Shown: positions 1 to 11,901, numbered from the stretch's first letter. The stretch is 64,000 nucleotides of DNA from Octopus vulgaris (GCA_951406725.2 OX597818.1:57784001-57848000), one strand, 5' to 3'. Notes: generated by a model not told the origin, from the letters alone. Numbers and translations are program-made.

Positions 1-360
1 TGCATTCATGGGGTGATATTGCCTCCTTTGCTCTTGCTGCATCATATCTACCGTTTGTTCTCCTCAGATGGTCTGAGTTGTTTGCATTGGAATAACATTT
101 TCTATGCCAGAATGCTTCTTGTTTTATCAAATAATCTGCAGTAATGCCCTTGTCAAAACCTCTGGATCTTTCAACTCGACCAAAGTATTCATTTGACTGG
201 CGAAGTTTTGAAATGTTTCTACAGCTGGATATCTTACTGTGGCTCCAGTATTCTTGATTTGCCAGACGATGCATAGTTTGTAGTCAGTTACAGGATGTTC
301 GAGATGGATTTGTTTAGAATGTGGATGAATTACAAATTCTATGTCTTAATTCAAGAACAT
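1..360 (-). pseudogene. Degenerate N-terminus of a large DNA-transposon protein (Academ-like)
   Basis: Manual minus-strand translation with one stop and one frameshift: MFLN*DIEFVIHPHSKQIHLEHPVTDYKLCIVWQIKNTGATVRYPAVETF.../GITADYLIKQEAFWHRKCYSNANNSDHLRR. The CI.CQ...WH..CY...N...L.R pattern is one I recall from Academ-type transposase N-termini. Runs off the window edge. Confidence 0.5.
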
Positions 361-1049
361 GCAAAGAGAGAGACGAAAGATCATAATTATTGATAGAAAA
401 CATTTGCTTCTCCCCCACAAACTACTCATGAATCATCCCCGAAGATTTTGCAATATGTGGTATAAGCAATACTCAAAAATAATTATGACATGTAAAATAT
501 TAGCACTATCGTATGTTATCAAAACATTTGGTAAGAAGGCTACTTTGGGTCGCTGTTATAAAAAACGATGGCTGCCATGCTCAAAATATAACGTTTTCAT
601 ATCTACAAATATCATATTCAAAATCGTTGGCTTTATTTTAACCCATTTTCTTTCTTAATTTCATAGGAAGTCATGCAGGATTAATGTCTTTGACTGCCAT
701 TTTTAAAGATGGCCGGTAAATATCTAAGATGGCAAAGCAAAGTCTGGAAACACCGATTTTTCCACTCCTCGACCTTCGTTTTATTGAAAAAATCGTGTTT
801 CCAAAAATCTATATCTATAAAGTCATTATGGAGGAAAGCAACGTCTTGTAACATCACAGCAGCAACGTTAAAATACAACAAGAAGTGTATGCGAGATATC
901 CTTGTTAGTTATTAGACTTTTGTTCACCTTACGTCGAGCTGTGCGGATAATACCAGTGTAACTTGGTGCCTCAACATAAGTACCTAATTCAGCCGAAACT
1001 TAATTATTTCCACACACACTCACACACACACACACACACATATATAACT

Positions 1050-1133
1050 ATTTCTGAGAGTTATACTAATACAGCTGTTTGTTTTGTACACCACCTGTCT
1101 TAGTCTTTTGTTGTTTTTTTCGTAAACTCTCCC
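1050..1133 (+). mobile_element. Short 3' end fragment of Penelope-like terminal repeat
   Basis: gttatactaataca...cgtaaactctccc matches the ends at 5250-5330 and 62530-62610. Flanked by (CA)n and (TA)n. Confidence 0.6.
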
Positions 1134-1186
1134 TATATATAACTATAACTATATACATATAACTCTTTTATATATATATATATATA

Positions 1187-1397
1187 GTTAATCCAAACAG
1201 GAAAGCACAAAAAAACACAACAACGCGAGAACGTGGAACAAATATAGTATTATTGGACGCGCTCAGGAAAGAAGGAAAGAAGGAGGGTTTAACGTTTCGA
1301 GCGGAGCTCTTCGTCGGAAACATAGGAAAAGGAAAGATCCAGAGAAGAGAAGACAGACGAAAAAAAATCGCCAACGGTACACACGAGGTCACACACC
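1187..1397 (-). mobile_element. Penelope-like terminal repeat fragment with hammerhead-like motif (1287-1321)
   Basis: Minus strand gttt-CCGACGA-a-gagc tcc gctc-GAAAC-GTT-aaac. Downstream tttcctgagcg...aatac resembles 62527-62550. (TA)n on both sides. Confidence 0.65.
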
Positions 1398-1465
1398 TAT
1401 ATATATATATATCAGGCGCTACTTCAGCATGGCGACAGTCAAATGACTGAAACAAGTAAAAGAGA

Positions 1466-1504
<39 letters not shown>

Positions 1505-2364
1505 CATACATTACATAAAATCACACACACATAAATGTGGAACTTTTCTAAAGTACAACGTTTTTCTTATGTATCTTGTAATGGTGGAGTTGAGTATCTT
1601 TGTTAGAAAACAACAAATTAAAAGCGAAGAAAACGTATTGATTAATCATTTATACTTTGTAATGATGGAAGATAAAAAAGATAAAGTGATGTGAAAATTT
1701 GAAATATTGATAAATTCATATTTTTTTTATGATGCACATGAATTAACATAGTAAATTGGATCGAAATATTAGCGAACATGATGTTGTTAGATTTAAAACA
1801 ATACTTTTTTAAAGAGTTTTAGAACGAACAATCAAAATGAATTGAATCTACCAATTAGAACTTTTATCCTTATATCCGATTCATATAAAAGCAAGCGTCT
1901 TTTAGAGTTGATTTGTTTACGCAAATGCAATCGAGGTGTGTAGAAAAAATGTATTCACAAACAATAAGAATCGGTATCTGTGGTTGAATATAATAATGTA
2001 TGTTGTAAAAAGACACTATTTATCACGTTTACTATCCATGCAAAATTTCTCCTGTTTTAAACGGCTGTTACTACTATGTAAAACGATATAGGTAGATTAT
2101 CATTTTCAAGTCTGCTTCGAGTATAGAGGTTAAATAACTCCTATACCGAGTGGTATTACTAGTTAAGAAATAAAGAGTGAATGCAGAAGGAATTAAGATA
2201 GGCACAAACAGTTACTGCGTACGTTTCACCAGTGGGTTGTTTGGAACACTCCTTTGCGGGGGCCCAAGTGCATTCGGATGCTTAAGGAGAACGAACCATC
2301 TGGAAACACTTTATTGCACCAAATTACACAGGACTAGTGTCAGGAGTGGGAGTGATTTTCAGAC

Positions 2365-3440
2365 GTTTTATACGTAATTTGAAAGGGGGATAGAAGGGAA
2401 GAATTTGGCTGTGAAGCAAAATTTGGACTAAGTAACAAGGGAGGGGGGGAGGGAAAGAAAGTCAAAGGGGATACATGAAGAAGAAAAGGAAGAGGTAGGC
2501 AAGAGCAATAAAGGGAAATGAACGACAAGATAAATAAATTGAAAGAAAGAAGAGTTTAACTTGGACAGCCATAACAGCGATAAACAAAAATACAAGATGA
2601 TATAAAATTACAGAACATAATAATTTAAGTAAAATGAATATAAAATACTTATCTAACGTAAATAATTAAATAGTCTAAAATACAAAGGAAGACAGACATT
2701 TAGAGTAGGATAAAGAGTGAGTGGGTGAGAGAGAAGAGTAAGAGATGATAAAACACTGAGACAGTTAATTCTGAGTCATTAGCATAATTAGTGAAACCAA
2801 AGAGACACGAAACGAACGAATAGCATTTTATATTTAAATGTGTGTCGTAATCCCACCTGTGCGTGTGTTTTCGTCTAGGTGTATGAATTTATAATATTTG
2901 CGTCTTGAAAGAGTACGTGTGGCTTTGAAGATGACATTTAATGCCGCCCCCAAATATAAATATACGTTACTCTACATTCATTTTCCTATCTCTTTGTTTT
3001 CACTAATAATGTTAATGACTAAGAATTAACTGATCTTCCTTCCCGTCATTACTTACTCTCCCCTCTTTCTCCCACCCACCCTCTTTTCCACTTTGAGTTC
3101 CTCTCTTTTTTCTGTGAATTATGTGCATTTATTAAGTTTAGATATCTCTTTTATATTCATTTCACTTAAATAATTAGGTTCTTATATAGTTTTGTAATTT
3201 TATATAGTAATATATTTTTGTTTAACCCTTTTTTCCTGATTGTCCTAGTTACATTCTTCTCTCTTTCTTTTACTGTTCCTTCCTGGTTTACTTTCCAAGT
3301 TTTTTCTTCAATTCTATTTCGTCCTGTTCTTCCTTATTTTCTCTATTTGTCTTCTTTTTGCGTCTTAAACTCTCCCCTTCTAGTTCAAACAATTGCTGCT
3401 CTTCTATTTTCCTTCTATCTTCAAAATATGAATAAATATA
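2365..3440. repeat. Old, diverged long inverted repeat (arms about 2365-2810 and 2985-3440)
   Basis: Reverse complement of 2581-2640 (tattcattttacttaaattatt...tttttgttta) matches 3154-3224. 2760-2805 matches 2988-3035. Confidence 0.65.
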
Positions 3441-3454
3441 TTCTTTTATTCTAG

Positions 3455-3534
3455 CAGATGTAACAGAGTAACTCAAGGGTCCAGAAAGGTCCAACGCATG
3501 AAACTCTTGGCCTTGAACAGCTCTTTTGCTTCTG
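3455..3534 (+). other. Candidate exon (unassigned)
   Basis: Long pyrimidine tract, acceptor ttttattctag|, donor CTG|GTAAGT. One open frame RCNRVTQGSRKVQRMKLLALNSSFAS. No homology recognised. Confidence 0.25.
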
Positions 3535-3578
3535 GTAAGTATTAACATTAATATATATATATATATCTTTTTTCTTTA

Positions 3579-3971
3579 TTTTACTTGTTTCAGTCATTTG
3601 ACTGTGTCCATGCTGGAGCACCGCCTTTAGTCGAGCAAATCGACCCCGGGACTTATTCTTTGTAAGCCCAGTACTTATTCTATCGGTCTCTTTTTTGCCG
3701 AACCGCTAGGTGACGGGGACGTAAACACACCAGCATCGGTTGTCAAGCAATGTTGGGAGGGACAAACACGGACACACAAATATACACACACATACATATA
3801 CATATATACGACAGGCTTCTTTCAGTTTCCGACTACCAAATCCACTCACAAGGCATTGGTCGGCCCGAGGCTATAGCAGAAGACACTTGCCCAAGATGCC
3901 ACGCAGTGGGACTGAACCCGGTACCATGTGGTTGGTTAGCAAGCTATTTGCCATACAGCCACTCCTGCGCC

Positions 3972-3972
<1 letters not shown>
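3579..3972 (-). mobile_element. SINE family A (tRNA head, CORE-like domain, internal microsatellite)
   Basis: Full-length reverse copy of the 6001-6402 element. Confidence 0.9.
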
Positions 3973-4032
<60 letters not shown>

Positions 4033-4264
4033 TTCTAAATATCTCAGAGAGATATAGGCAGTGATGGATCGATAGAGAAGTTGTATACTGTCAACTTAAC
4101 GTGACAGTCCCATAAAGGGAATCATACCACCACTATTTAGCCCTAGGAAGTATCAATGCTTCCTGTCGACTTTGGCACATCTCCTGTGTCTATATGTTTA
4201 CAAAGGGGAGACAAGCACCCCCATCCAGCTAAGCCTGAAGCCAGAGACATGTTTCTGAGTCTAT

Positions 4265-4829
4265 GCTAGTCGTGAAATCTTAAGAAGAGATCAGAATCGT
4301 GACTATACTAACAAATAAAGCCATTCGCCAGGTAAGGTTGGCTGTTACATGTTACTATTGGTTTAACCCCAGGCATATTCTCCGCCAGCTGGTCATTGGT
4401 GCGACGTTGCACCCTCTATGTACAATACATAATGCTAACAGGGAGAGCTAACTACTACCGTCCTTTAGCAGACACTGGATCGCGAGACTAACTCAGTTTC
4501 GAGCTGCTTGGCTCACCCTCAGTCTCGTGTACCTGGTTGTCAGAGCGATAGCCAGAACTGGCTCCCGCTAGGAATATTTTGTAAACAAAGTGACCATTGG
4601 TCACTGATTTGCAACAAGCATTATAGCTAGTCGTAAAATCTTAAGAAGAGATCAGGGTAGTAACTATACTTAGAGGTAAAGTCATTCACCACGTCATGTT
4701 AGCTCTTCCATGTTACTAATAGTTTAACCCCAGGCGGAGTGTCCGCCAGCTGGTTATTAGTGCGACGTTGCACTCTCTAAGTACAATATATATTGCTAGC
4801 AGGGAGAGCGAACCTCTACATACTCTAGC
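4265..4829. repeat. Diverged direct repeat, ~205-bp units at 4265-4470 and 4626-4829
   Basis: gctagtcgt(g/a)aaatcttaagaagagatcag...tttaaccccaggc...ccgccagctggt...gtgcgacgttgcac...cagggagagc occurs twice. Confidence 0.8.
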
Positions 4830-5173
4830 ATATATATACATATATACAAAATTAGGAAAAATCATTATTTAATGACTTTTCACTGGTCAGCATACTGAAA
4901 ATACTAAAAATACCATAATGTTTATTTCATATTAAAATTATAATTAGGGTGCTGAATGGTTACAATACCATTCTGCTAGAAATAGACCCTAAATGGTCTA
5001 TGAGCCTCTTAGATAATTACTCCGCTGCACAAAAATGTAGGCGAGGAAAATAGACAACAAAGGTTTCTAAAAGAGAGAGAGAAATTGATCGAGAGATGGT
5101 GGCAGATATATGCGTCCGTGTCTATTTATCTACTTAAAATACGTTAAATACATATGTTTATATATATATATAT

Positions 5174-5330
5174 GTTTCTCTCCTTGTTTCTTTTTGTGTT
5201 CCTTTCTGTGGAAGAGCGTAGGCGCGAAACGTTAAAGACTTTTTCAATTCCCGAGCGTTATACTAATACATATGTTTGTTTTCTACACATCTTATCTTCG
5301 TATTTCGTTTTTTTTCGTGAATTCTCCACC
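5174..5330 (+). mobile_element. Penelope-like terminal repeat fragment with hammerhead-like motif (5202-5237)
   Basis: cttt-CTGTGGA-a-gagc gtag gcgc-GAAAC-GTT-aaag. Homologous to 62435-62610. In (TA)n. Confidence 0.7.
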
Positions 5331-5356
5331 TAAGTATGTATATATATATATATATT

Positions 5357-5545
5357 TATTTTATAGAAGGAGTTTCTACAGGACTGGAACTGTTTCATTC
5401 AAAAGAAATCATCAGGAAACCTGAGTGATTTCTTTTGAATGTCGACTTTAGCCTGTAAACTCGGGGTCTATAAAATAAATTAATTTACTCTGGAGTATGT
5501 ATTGAGTACCTTATTTAATGTCCTAACCCCGACTCCCCTCTGGGA
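5357..5545. mobile_element. Short element with inverted partial copy; hammerhead core on minus arm (5382-5415)
   Basis: Palindrome 5357-5478 centred on caggaaacctg. Minus arm reads CTGATGA-t ttc tttt gaa t-GAAAC agttcca GTC. Confidence 0.55.
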
Positions 5546-5548
5546 CCT

Positions 5549-5611
<63 letters not shown>

Positions 5612-5614
<3 letters not shown>

Positions 5615-5750
5615 AAGGATGAAGAGGAACACACGAGTTGATATATATGAAAAAACAAGTCAAGATAGAAAATGCTAAAATAATTTTATGAAGAACATTT
5701 CAGTACCGGTTTCAGTCATTTTGAGACCTTTTCAACTGTAGCGATTAAAG
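5612..5750 (-). mobile_element. Short (TA)n-abutting element with hammerhead-like motif (5701-5738)
   Basis: Minus strand cag-TTGAAAA-ggtc tcaaaat gact-GAAAC CG GTA-ctg, with palindromic stem III accggt. Confidence 0.55.
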
Positions 5751-6000
5751 AAAAGAAAGTTTTTTTAAAAGAATATTTGTATAGTGTTCAAATATAAGTG
5801 GCATTTTCCTTGTTTCTCCCTTTCTCTGTCTCTCTTGTTTACACTTGTGAGTTCGAGGTCGTTGTGAATTCTTTGTAGGGTAGAAGAAGAGGAAGAAGAA
5901 GAAGAAGGAAAGATGAGGAGAAGGGGGGATACATATACATAGATATATATTATTACGTATGTATGTATTTATGTATGTACGTATATATATATATATATAT

Positions 6001-6172
6001 AGGTGCAGGAGTGGCTGTGTGGTAAGTAGCTTGCTAACCAACCACATGGTTGCGGGTTCAGTCCCACTGCGTGGCATCTTGGGCAAGTGTCTTCTGCTAT
6101 AGCCCCGAGCCGACCAATGCCTTGTGAGTGGATTTGGTAGACGGAAACTGAAAGAAGCCTGTCGTATATATG

Positions 6173-6215
<43 letters not shown>

Positions 6216-6402
6216 TTGTCCCCCTAGCATTGCTTGACAACCAATGCTGTTGTGTTTACGTCTCCTTCACTTAGCGGTTCGGCAAAAGAGACCGATAGAA
6301 TAAGTACTGGGCTTACAAAGAATAAGTCCCGGGGTCGATTTGCTCGACTAAAGGCGGTGCTCCAGCATGGCTGCAGTCAAATGACTGAAAGAAGTAAAAG
6401 AG
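6001..6402 (+). mobile_element. SINE family A (tRNA-derived, CORE-like; resembles described octopus SINEs)
   Basis: A-box-like TGGCTGTGTGG, B-box-like GGTTCAGTCCC, CORE-like cttgggcaagtgtcttct, internal (TA)n(TG)n, tail gtaaaagag. At least 12 copies in window. Confidence 0.9.
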
Positions 6403-6450
<48 letters not shown>

Positions 6451-7111
6451 CGTGCCTGTCTGTGTGTACGTATGCACATATGTACTCAACTAACTCTCTA
6501 CTCGTATTTACAAATCTGTTGAAACCTATAACGATTTTTCAATAAATATTCCGTGAAAACACGTTTGCACAGATTTGTATTTGCAATCCTTTTATTCACG
6601 TCGAAACATTTAATAAACAATAACGCAATATAATTTTATACGGATAACCCGAGTGTTACTGCCAGTTCATTTACTGGAATTTTATATGAGGTGTGAAACG
6701 TTTCTAAGAACGAAATTAAATCCGAGTAACATACATTTTTACAACTTCAACTGTTACCTTCGCTTGTTTTTGTCGTGATAATAATGACACTACCGACCAC
6801 AATAACATCAAACCCCACGATGCTATCAAGAACATTAGCAACAATGACAACAATTATGATTATAATAGTCAGGATAATTATCATTCTGAAAAATAATGAT
6901 ATACGACAGAAGGATTAATGACGACAAAAGGTAACATTATCTTCCACTGTCACAACAAAGAAAGCTGTATGGTTTACCATAAGAGGTTCTATCGGGATTA
7001 ATAATACATTATTCACTGTTCTAACACGACATCCACTTCAAGTAGGAGAAAATAATAATTATTGTTATTATGATAATTATTGTTATTATGATAATTATTT
7101 TTAACCACATG

Positions 7112-7243
7112 GCTTACTAACCACATGACTTCAGGTTCAGTCGCACTGCGTGGCACCTGGGGCAAGTGTCTTCTACTATAGCCTCGGGCCGACCAAAGCA
7201 TTGTAAATGAATTTGGTAGACGGAAACCGAAAGAAGCCCGTCG

Positions 7244-7318
<75 letters not shown>

Positions 7319-7506
7319 TTATCCCCTCAACATCGCTTGACAACCGATGGTGGCGTGTTTGCGTCCCCGTAACTTAGTGGTTCGGCAAAAGAAACCGATA
7401 GAATAAGTACTAGGCTTACAAAGAATAAGTCCTGGGATCGATTTAGTCAACTAAAGGCGGTGCTCCAGCATGACCGCGGTCAAATTACTAAAACAAATAA
7501 AAGAGT
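7112..7506 (+). mobile_element. SINE family A, 5'-damaged
   Basis: Aligns to 6030-6402. Confidence 0.85.
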
Positions 7507-7518
7507 AAAGTGTAATGT

Positions 7519-9298
7519 GGCAAGCTGGGCGAAATGCCTTTCATCCTTTCGGGGTCGATAAATTAAGTACTAGTTATCTACTAGGCTCAATGTAATCGAC
7601 TTAATCCATTCCCTCAAAGTTGAGTCCTTGTGCTTCCAATAGAATGGTTATTATTATGATTATTGTAAAGGCGGCGATGTGGCACAATCGTTAGCACGCA
7701 GGACGAAATTCTTAACTATATTTCGGCTGCCGCTACTTTCTGAGTTCAAATTCCACCGAGGTTGCCTTTGCTTTTCATCGTTTTGTGGTCGATAAGTTAA
7801 GTACCAGTGAAATACTGGAGTCGATGTAATCCACTAATTACCTTCCCCGAAATTACATACCTTGGGCCAAGAGTAGAAAGGACTCTTATGATTATTACAA
7901 GGGTGGCGAGCTGGCAGAATCTTTAGCATGCCGGGCGAAATGCTATTTGTTATTTCGCCCGTCCTCACGTTCTGAGCTCAAATTCCGCCGATGTGGACTT
8001 TGCCTTTTATCTCCTCGAGGTCGATAAATAAAGTACCATCTGCGTACTGTGATAAATCAAATCGACTGGCTCTCTACAAAAAATGTTGGGGCTTGTGCCT
8101 AGAATACAAAAATTTATTTCGTCCGTATTCACGTTCTTAGTTCAAATTCCACCGAGGTCGACTTTGTCTTTTCTCCTTTCGAGGTTTATGAAATAGCACC
8201 AATTACGCACTGCGGTCGATATGATCGATTAGTCCCCTTCACCCATAATTTCAAGGCCATGTGCCTGGAGTATAAATCATTATTATAGTTATTGCTGACG
8301 CGGCGAGCTGGAAGAATCGTTAGCTCGCTGGACGAAATGCTTACGGTATTTCTTCCGCCATCAAGTTCAGAGTCCATATTCTACCGAGGTTGACTTTGCC
8401 TCTCATTCTTTGAAGATCTATGAATTAAATACTAGTGAAACACTGACTCGTTATAATCAAATGGTTCCCTCCCCACAAAATTTCAGTTAATATTATTATT
8501 GCAAAGGCGGCGAGCTGGCAGAATCGTTAGTGCGCCGGGTGAAATACTTAGCGGTATTTCGTCTGCCGCTACGTTCTGAGTTCACATTCCGCCGAGGTCA
8601 ACTTTGCCTTTCATCCTTTCGGGGTCGATAAATTAAGTACCAGTAACGCACTGGTGTCGATATAATCGACTTAATCCGTTTGTCTGTCCTTATTTGTCCT
8701 TCCTGTGTTTAGTCCCGTGTGGTTAGTAAAAAAATAGGTATTTCGTCCGTCAATACGTTCTGAATTCACATTCCACCGACGTCGACTTTTACTATCATGC
8801 TTTCGGGGTCGATAAATCAAGTACCAGCTGTGTACTGGGATCTATGTAATCGACAATTCGCCTTCCCCATAACTTTAGGCCTTGTATATTTAGTAGAAAT
8901 GATCATTATTGTTAAGGCGCTGAGCGCCAAGAATCGTTAGTATGCCAGGTAAAATGTTTAGCGGCCTTTCGTCTGCCGTTATGTTCTGAGTTCAAATGCA
9001 CCGACTTCGACTTTGCCTTTCAACTATAGAGATCGATAAAATATTTGCTATTCGAACACTGGGCTCGATATGATCGATTTATATTCTCAGTCCAACTTGA
9101 TGACCACGTCCCAAAACATAAGATTATTCTTTCTACTATAGACATATGTCCTGATCTTTTAGAACGAATAGAATTTCGACCGTTGTGCTTAAATTAACTC
9201 CCCAAAAATGGAGGGCAATGTCAACTTCGGTGAAAGTTGAACTCAGAATATAATGACAAATACAATTGCATGCAAACGAATCTACCAGCTCAGCATCT
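7519..9298 (+). mobile_element. Array of about 8 head-to-tail SINE family B copies plus one inverted remnant (9170-9298)
   Basis: Units start near 7519, 7668, 7899, 8116, 8300, 8504, 8739 and 8914. Each has all or part of gttcaaattccgccgaggtcgactttgcctttcatcc. Most are separated by (ATT)n. Confidence 0.85.
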
Positions 9299-11666
9299 AA
9301 AACAAAATATTATAATAACAGTTTCATATTTTCGTAGAAGACCAGTAATTTCATGGAGAGGCAGTTAGTTGATTACCCCGAGACTAGTTCTGCATTGGAG
9401 CTTATCCAGAAAGAGTGGAAGGCAATCTTGATAAAAGTGACAGCGGACGTCATTCTAGCCTTGCAGGAAGAAAACATGAGAATAAGATACGTCAGGAAAA
9501 GTAGAGAGAAGGAAGATATCTGGGTAGAATGAAAAAATACTTTTGCAGAAATCTTATGAGGATAAGAGAAATGATAAAGTTTATAGAATGTAAAAATACG
9601 ATCGGTTAGTGACCTGCATAATGGGCCCACTCAGAAGAATGTGGATTCAGCGTGATGTCAGACCACTAACCAATATTATCGACACAACTTCAAACTGCAA
9701 GCAAATAACGAGCACCTGCGTCTCTGTACACAAAAGTAAAGGGAGATAAGGGGTGAATCAAATTACTTATGCGTCTCAGAAGTGACCAACAAGTTTCGTA
9801 AGTAGTTGCAATTGTGCCTCGAGAATTGACCGGTCATGATATAAATTTGATGCTGAATTTTACTTAGCAGATTTGCATCATAAGTCGCTCTTCGATGTAG
9901 TTTCAAAACAATGATATTCTCTACATTGTTGTAAATTTTGGAATTTCTCATCTGTTGTTGTGAGTGGATTAAATGCCACTTTCCTTTCCCGACCTCAGAA
10001 GGCGAACGACAAAGTTGAGCTTAGTCGAATATAAAGTTAAAACATAAAAAAAATTGAAGATACAATGCAAGCCATTGTGTCTCATGACTGAATGATTCTG
10101 CTTTCTAAAAAGCAAATAAAACAAGAAAAACAAGTATAGCAACAATTTTAATGATAATGAAGATGTTGATGATAATGAGAAGGAAAATAAAGGAGACTGT
10201 CATTTGCCATACAGGTTTCGTACGAAATAGAAAATACGAAAACATATCAGATTCTGCCTGTGGCTTTACATACAATCTTATGACACGCGGAAAACCACAT
10301 TGGCGCAAATGGGTTGTGAAGAGTAAATACTATAGAACAAATATACGTATACGAACACTATAGAGCCTCCAACAAGGGGCCATTATGTAACCCAAATACA
10401 TTTAAAATCACTGATCTCTGACTGTATAAATCTTCGTGCATCTATTCCTGAATATATAGGCGCGTAGATTCTAGCCTTTTTTACAGTAGTGAGCAAGGTT
10501 TTGAAAAACTCACCACAGAATACGACCCCACGATCCTCTTTTATTTCCTATTGAAATTTGAACTTGAACATGCTGATAAGCGTATCATTGAAAATTATCT
10601 GCACCTATTCATTTCGGTCTCATTCACAACAGATTCTCTCTTGCCGTGGTCATTAGACATGATACCTGCTGCCAATTCTCCACCTCATCTCTGTAAAATA
10701 TCAGATACTTAGTGCTCTCAGTCTGAGAAACGTGTCGGTCGATATTCTAAAGCAATAACTGGACCCACTGAGATGTGGAATGTGTCATTTTTTTCAGGAC
10801 ATCATAAGCAGCAGACAATCCAATCCAGGAAGACGGGAGGCTACAACGTAAGGGCCGTAAAATAGGGTCGAAGAAAAGTATGCCTTTTCTCTCTAAGAAT
10901 TTAGGCGCATGGTGTCATCCACATAGCTCCGTCGATTTCCATCTCAAAAGGAATGCATCTGAAGAGCTTTTACATCACATCCAATAGCGATAGATACCTA
11001 ACAAGAACTTTAGTGCCATGTCTTGTACGAAATCATAAAGCTTATAATGTTCAAAAGTTAATTTGATCCACATAAAAGCACTTGTTGATAAATTCCTTGT
11101 AGTAGTCTCAGTATTGTTGTCAGATCTTCTGACAAAGAGTGAGCGAAAGAGAGTGAGAGAGATAGGGATGGATAGATTGCAAGTGTGAAAGAGAGAAAGA
11201 AAGATATATTGAAAGAGAAAGAGAGAGAGAAACGGTGTTTTTTCTAAACATAAAATTTCAGTTTTAGAGGTTTCGTCTCCGACCACACGCACACAATCTA
11301 ATGAAAATGCTTCTGAATAAAAGCATAGATTTTCTTGGATGTCCTTTACAAGGGGATCACACTGGTGTATAAAATATGTAGTTATTATTTAGATTTCTTT
11401 TAACTTCACTTGCGTGCCCCCGAATCCGAACCTGATAAAGCGCTTTCACTTCCTGACGGGCAAGGGCAATCCATTATCCCTGGAAGTGACAATTTGAACA
11501 TTACATTCAAGTTCAAGAAATAATCGAGCTCCGTTTTCATGGCTAAAACATGTATCTTTGTGTTCCTATTATCTTTGTCTCATCTGTTTGTTTCCCTCTC
11601 GTAAATTGTTATCTGCTTCTACCAAATTTCCAGAAAACTATCGACTTCTGATCCCTTGAAGTAGAC

Positions 11667-11827
11667 CAGGAGTGGCTGTGTGGTAAGTAGCTTGCTAACC
11701 AGCCACATGGTTCCGGGTTCAGTCCCACTGCGTGGCATCTTGGGCAAGTGTCTTCTGCTATAGCCTCGGGCCGACCAATGCCTTGTGAGTGGATTTGGTA
11801 GACGGAAACTGAAAGAAGCTCGTCGTA

Positions 11828-11901
<74 letters not shown>

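Noticed and set aside
4950-5020. Hairpin atagacc/ggtctat with CTAAGAG as a hammerhead variant
   Set aside because: Too many core deviations.
5745-6230. Recurrent ORF motif RQASFSFRLPNPLTRHWSARGYSRRHLPK
   Set aside because: Antisense read-through of SINE family A; not a protein family.
7519-9125. Repeat array as possible CRISPR
   Set aside because: Units are ~200-bp SINE copies with no repeat-spacer structure and no cas genes; eukaryotic context.
10905-10945. YVDDT on the minus strand as an RT active site
   Set aside because: No flanking RT motifs in frame.
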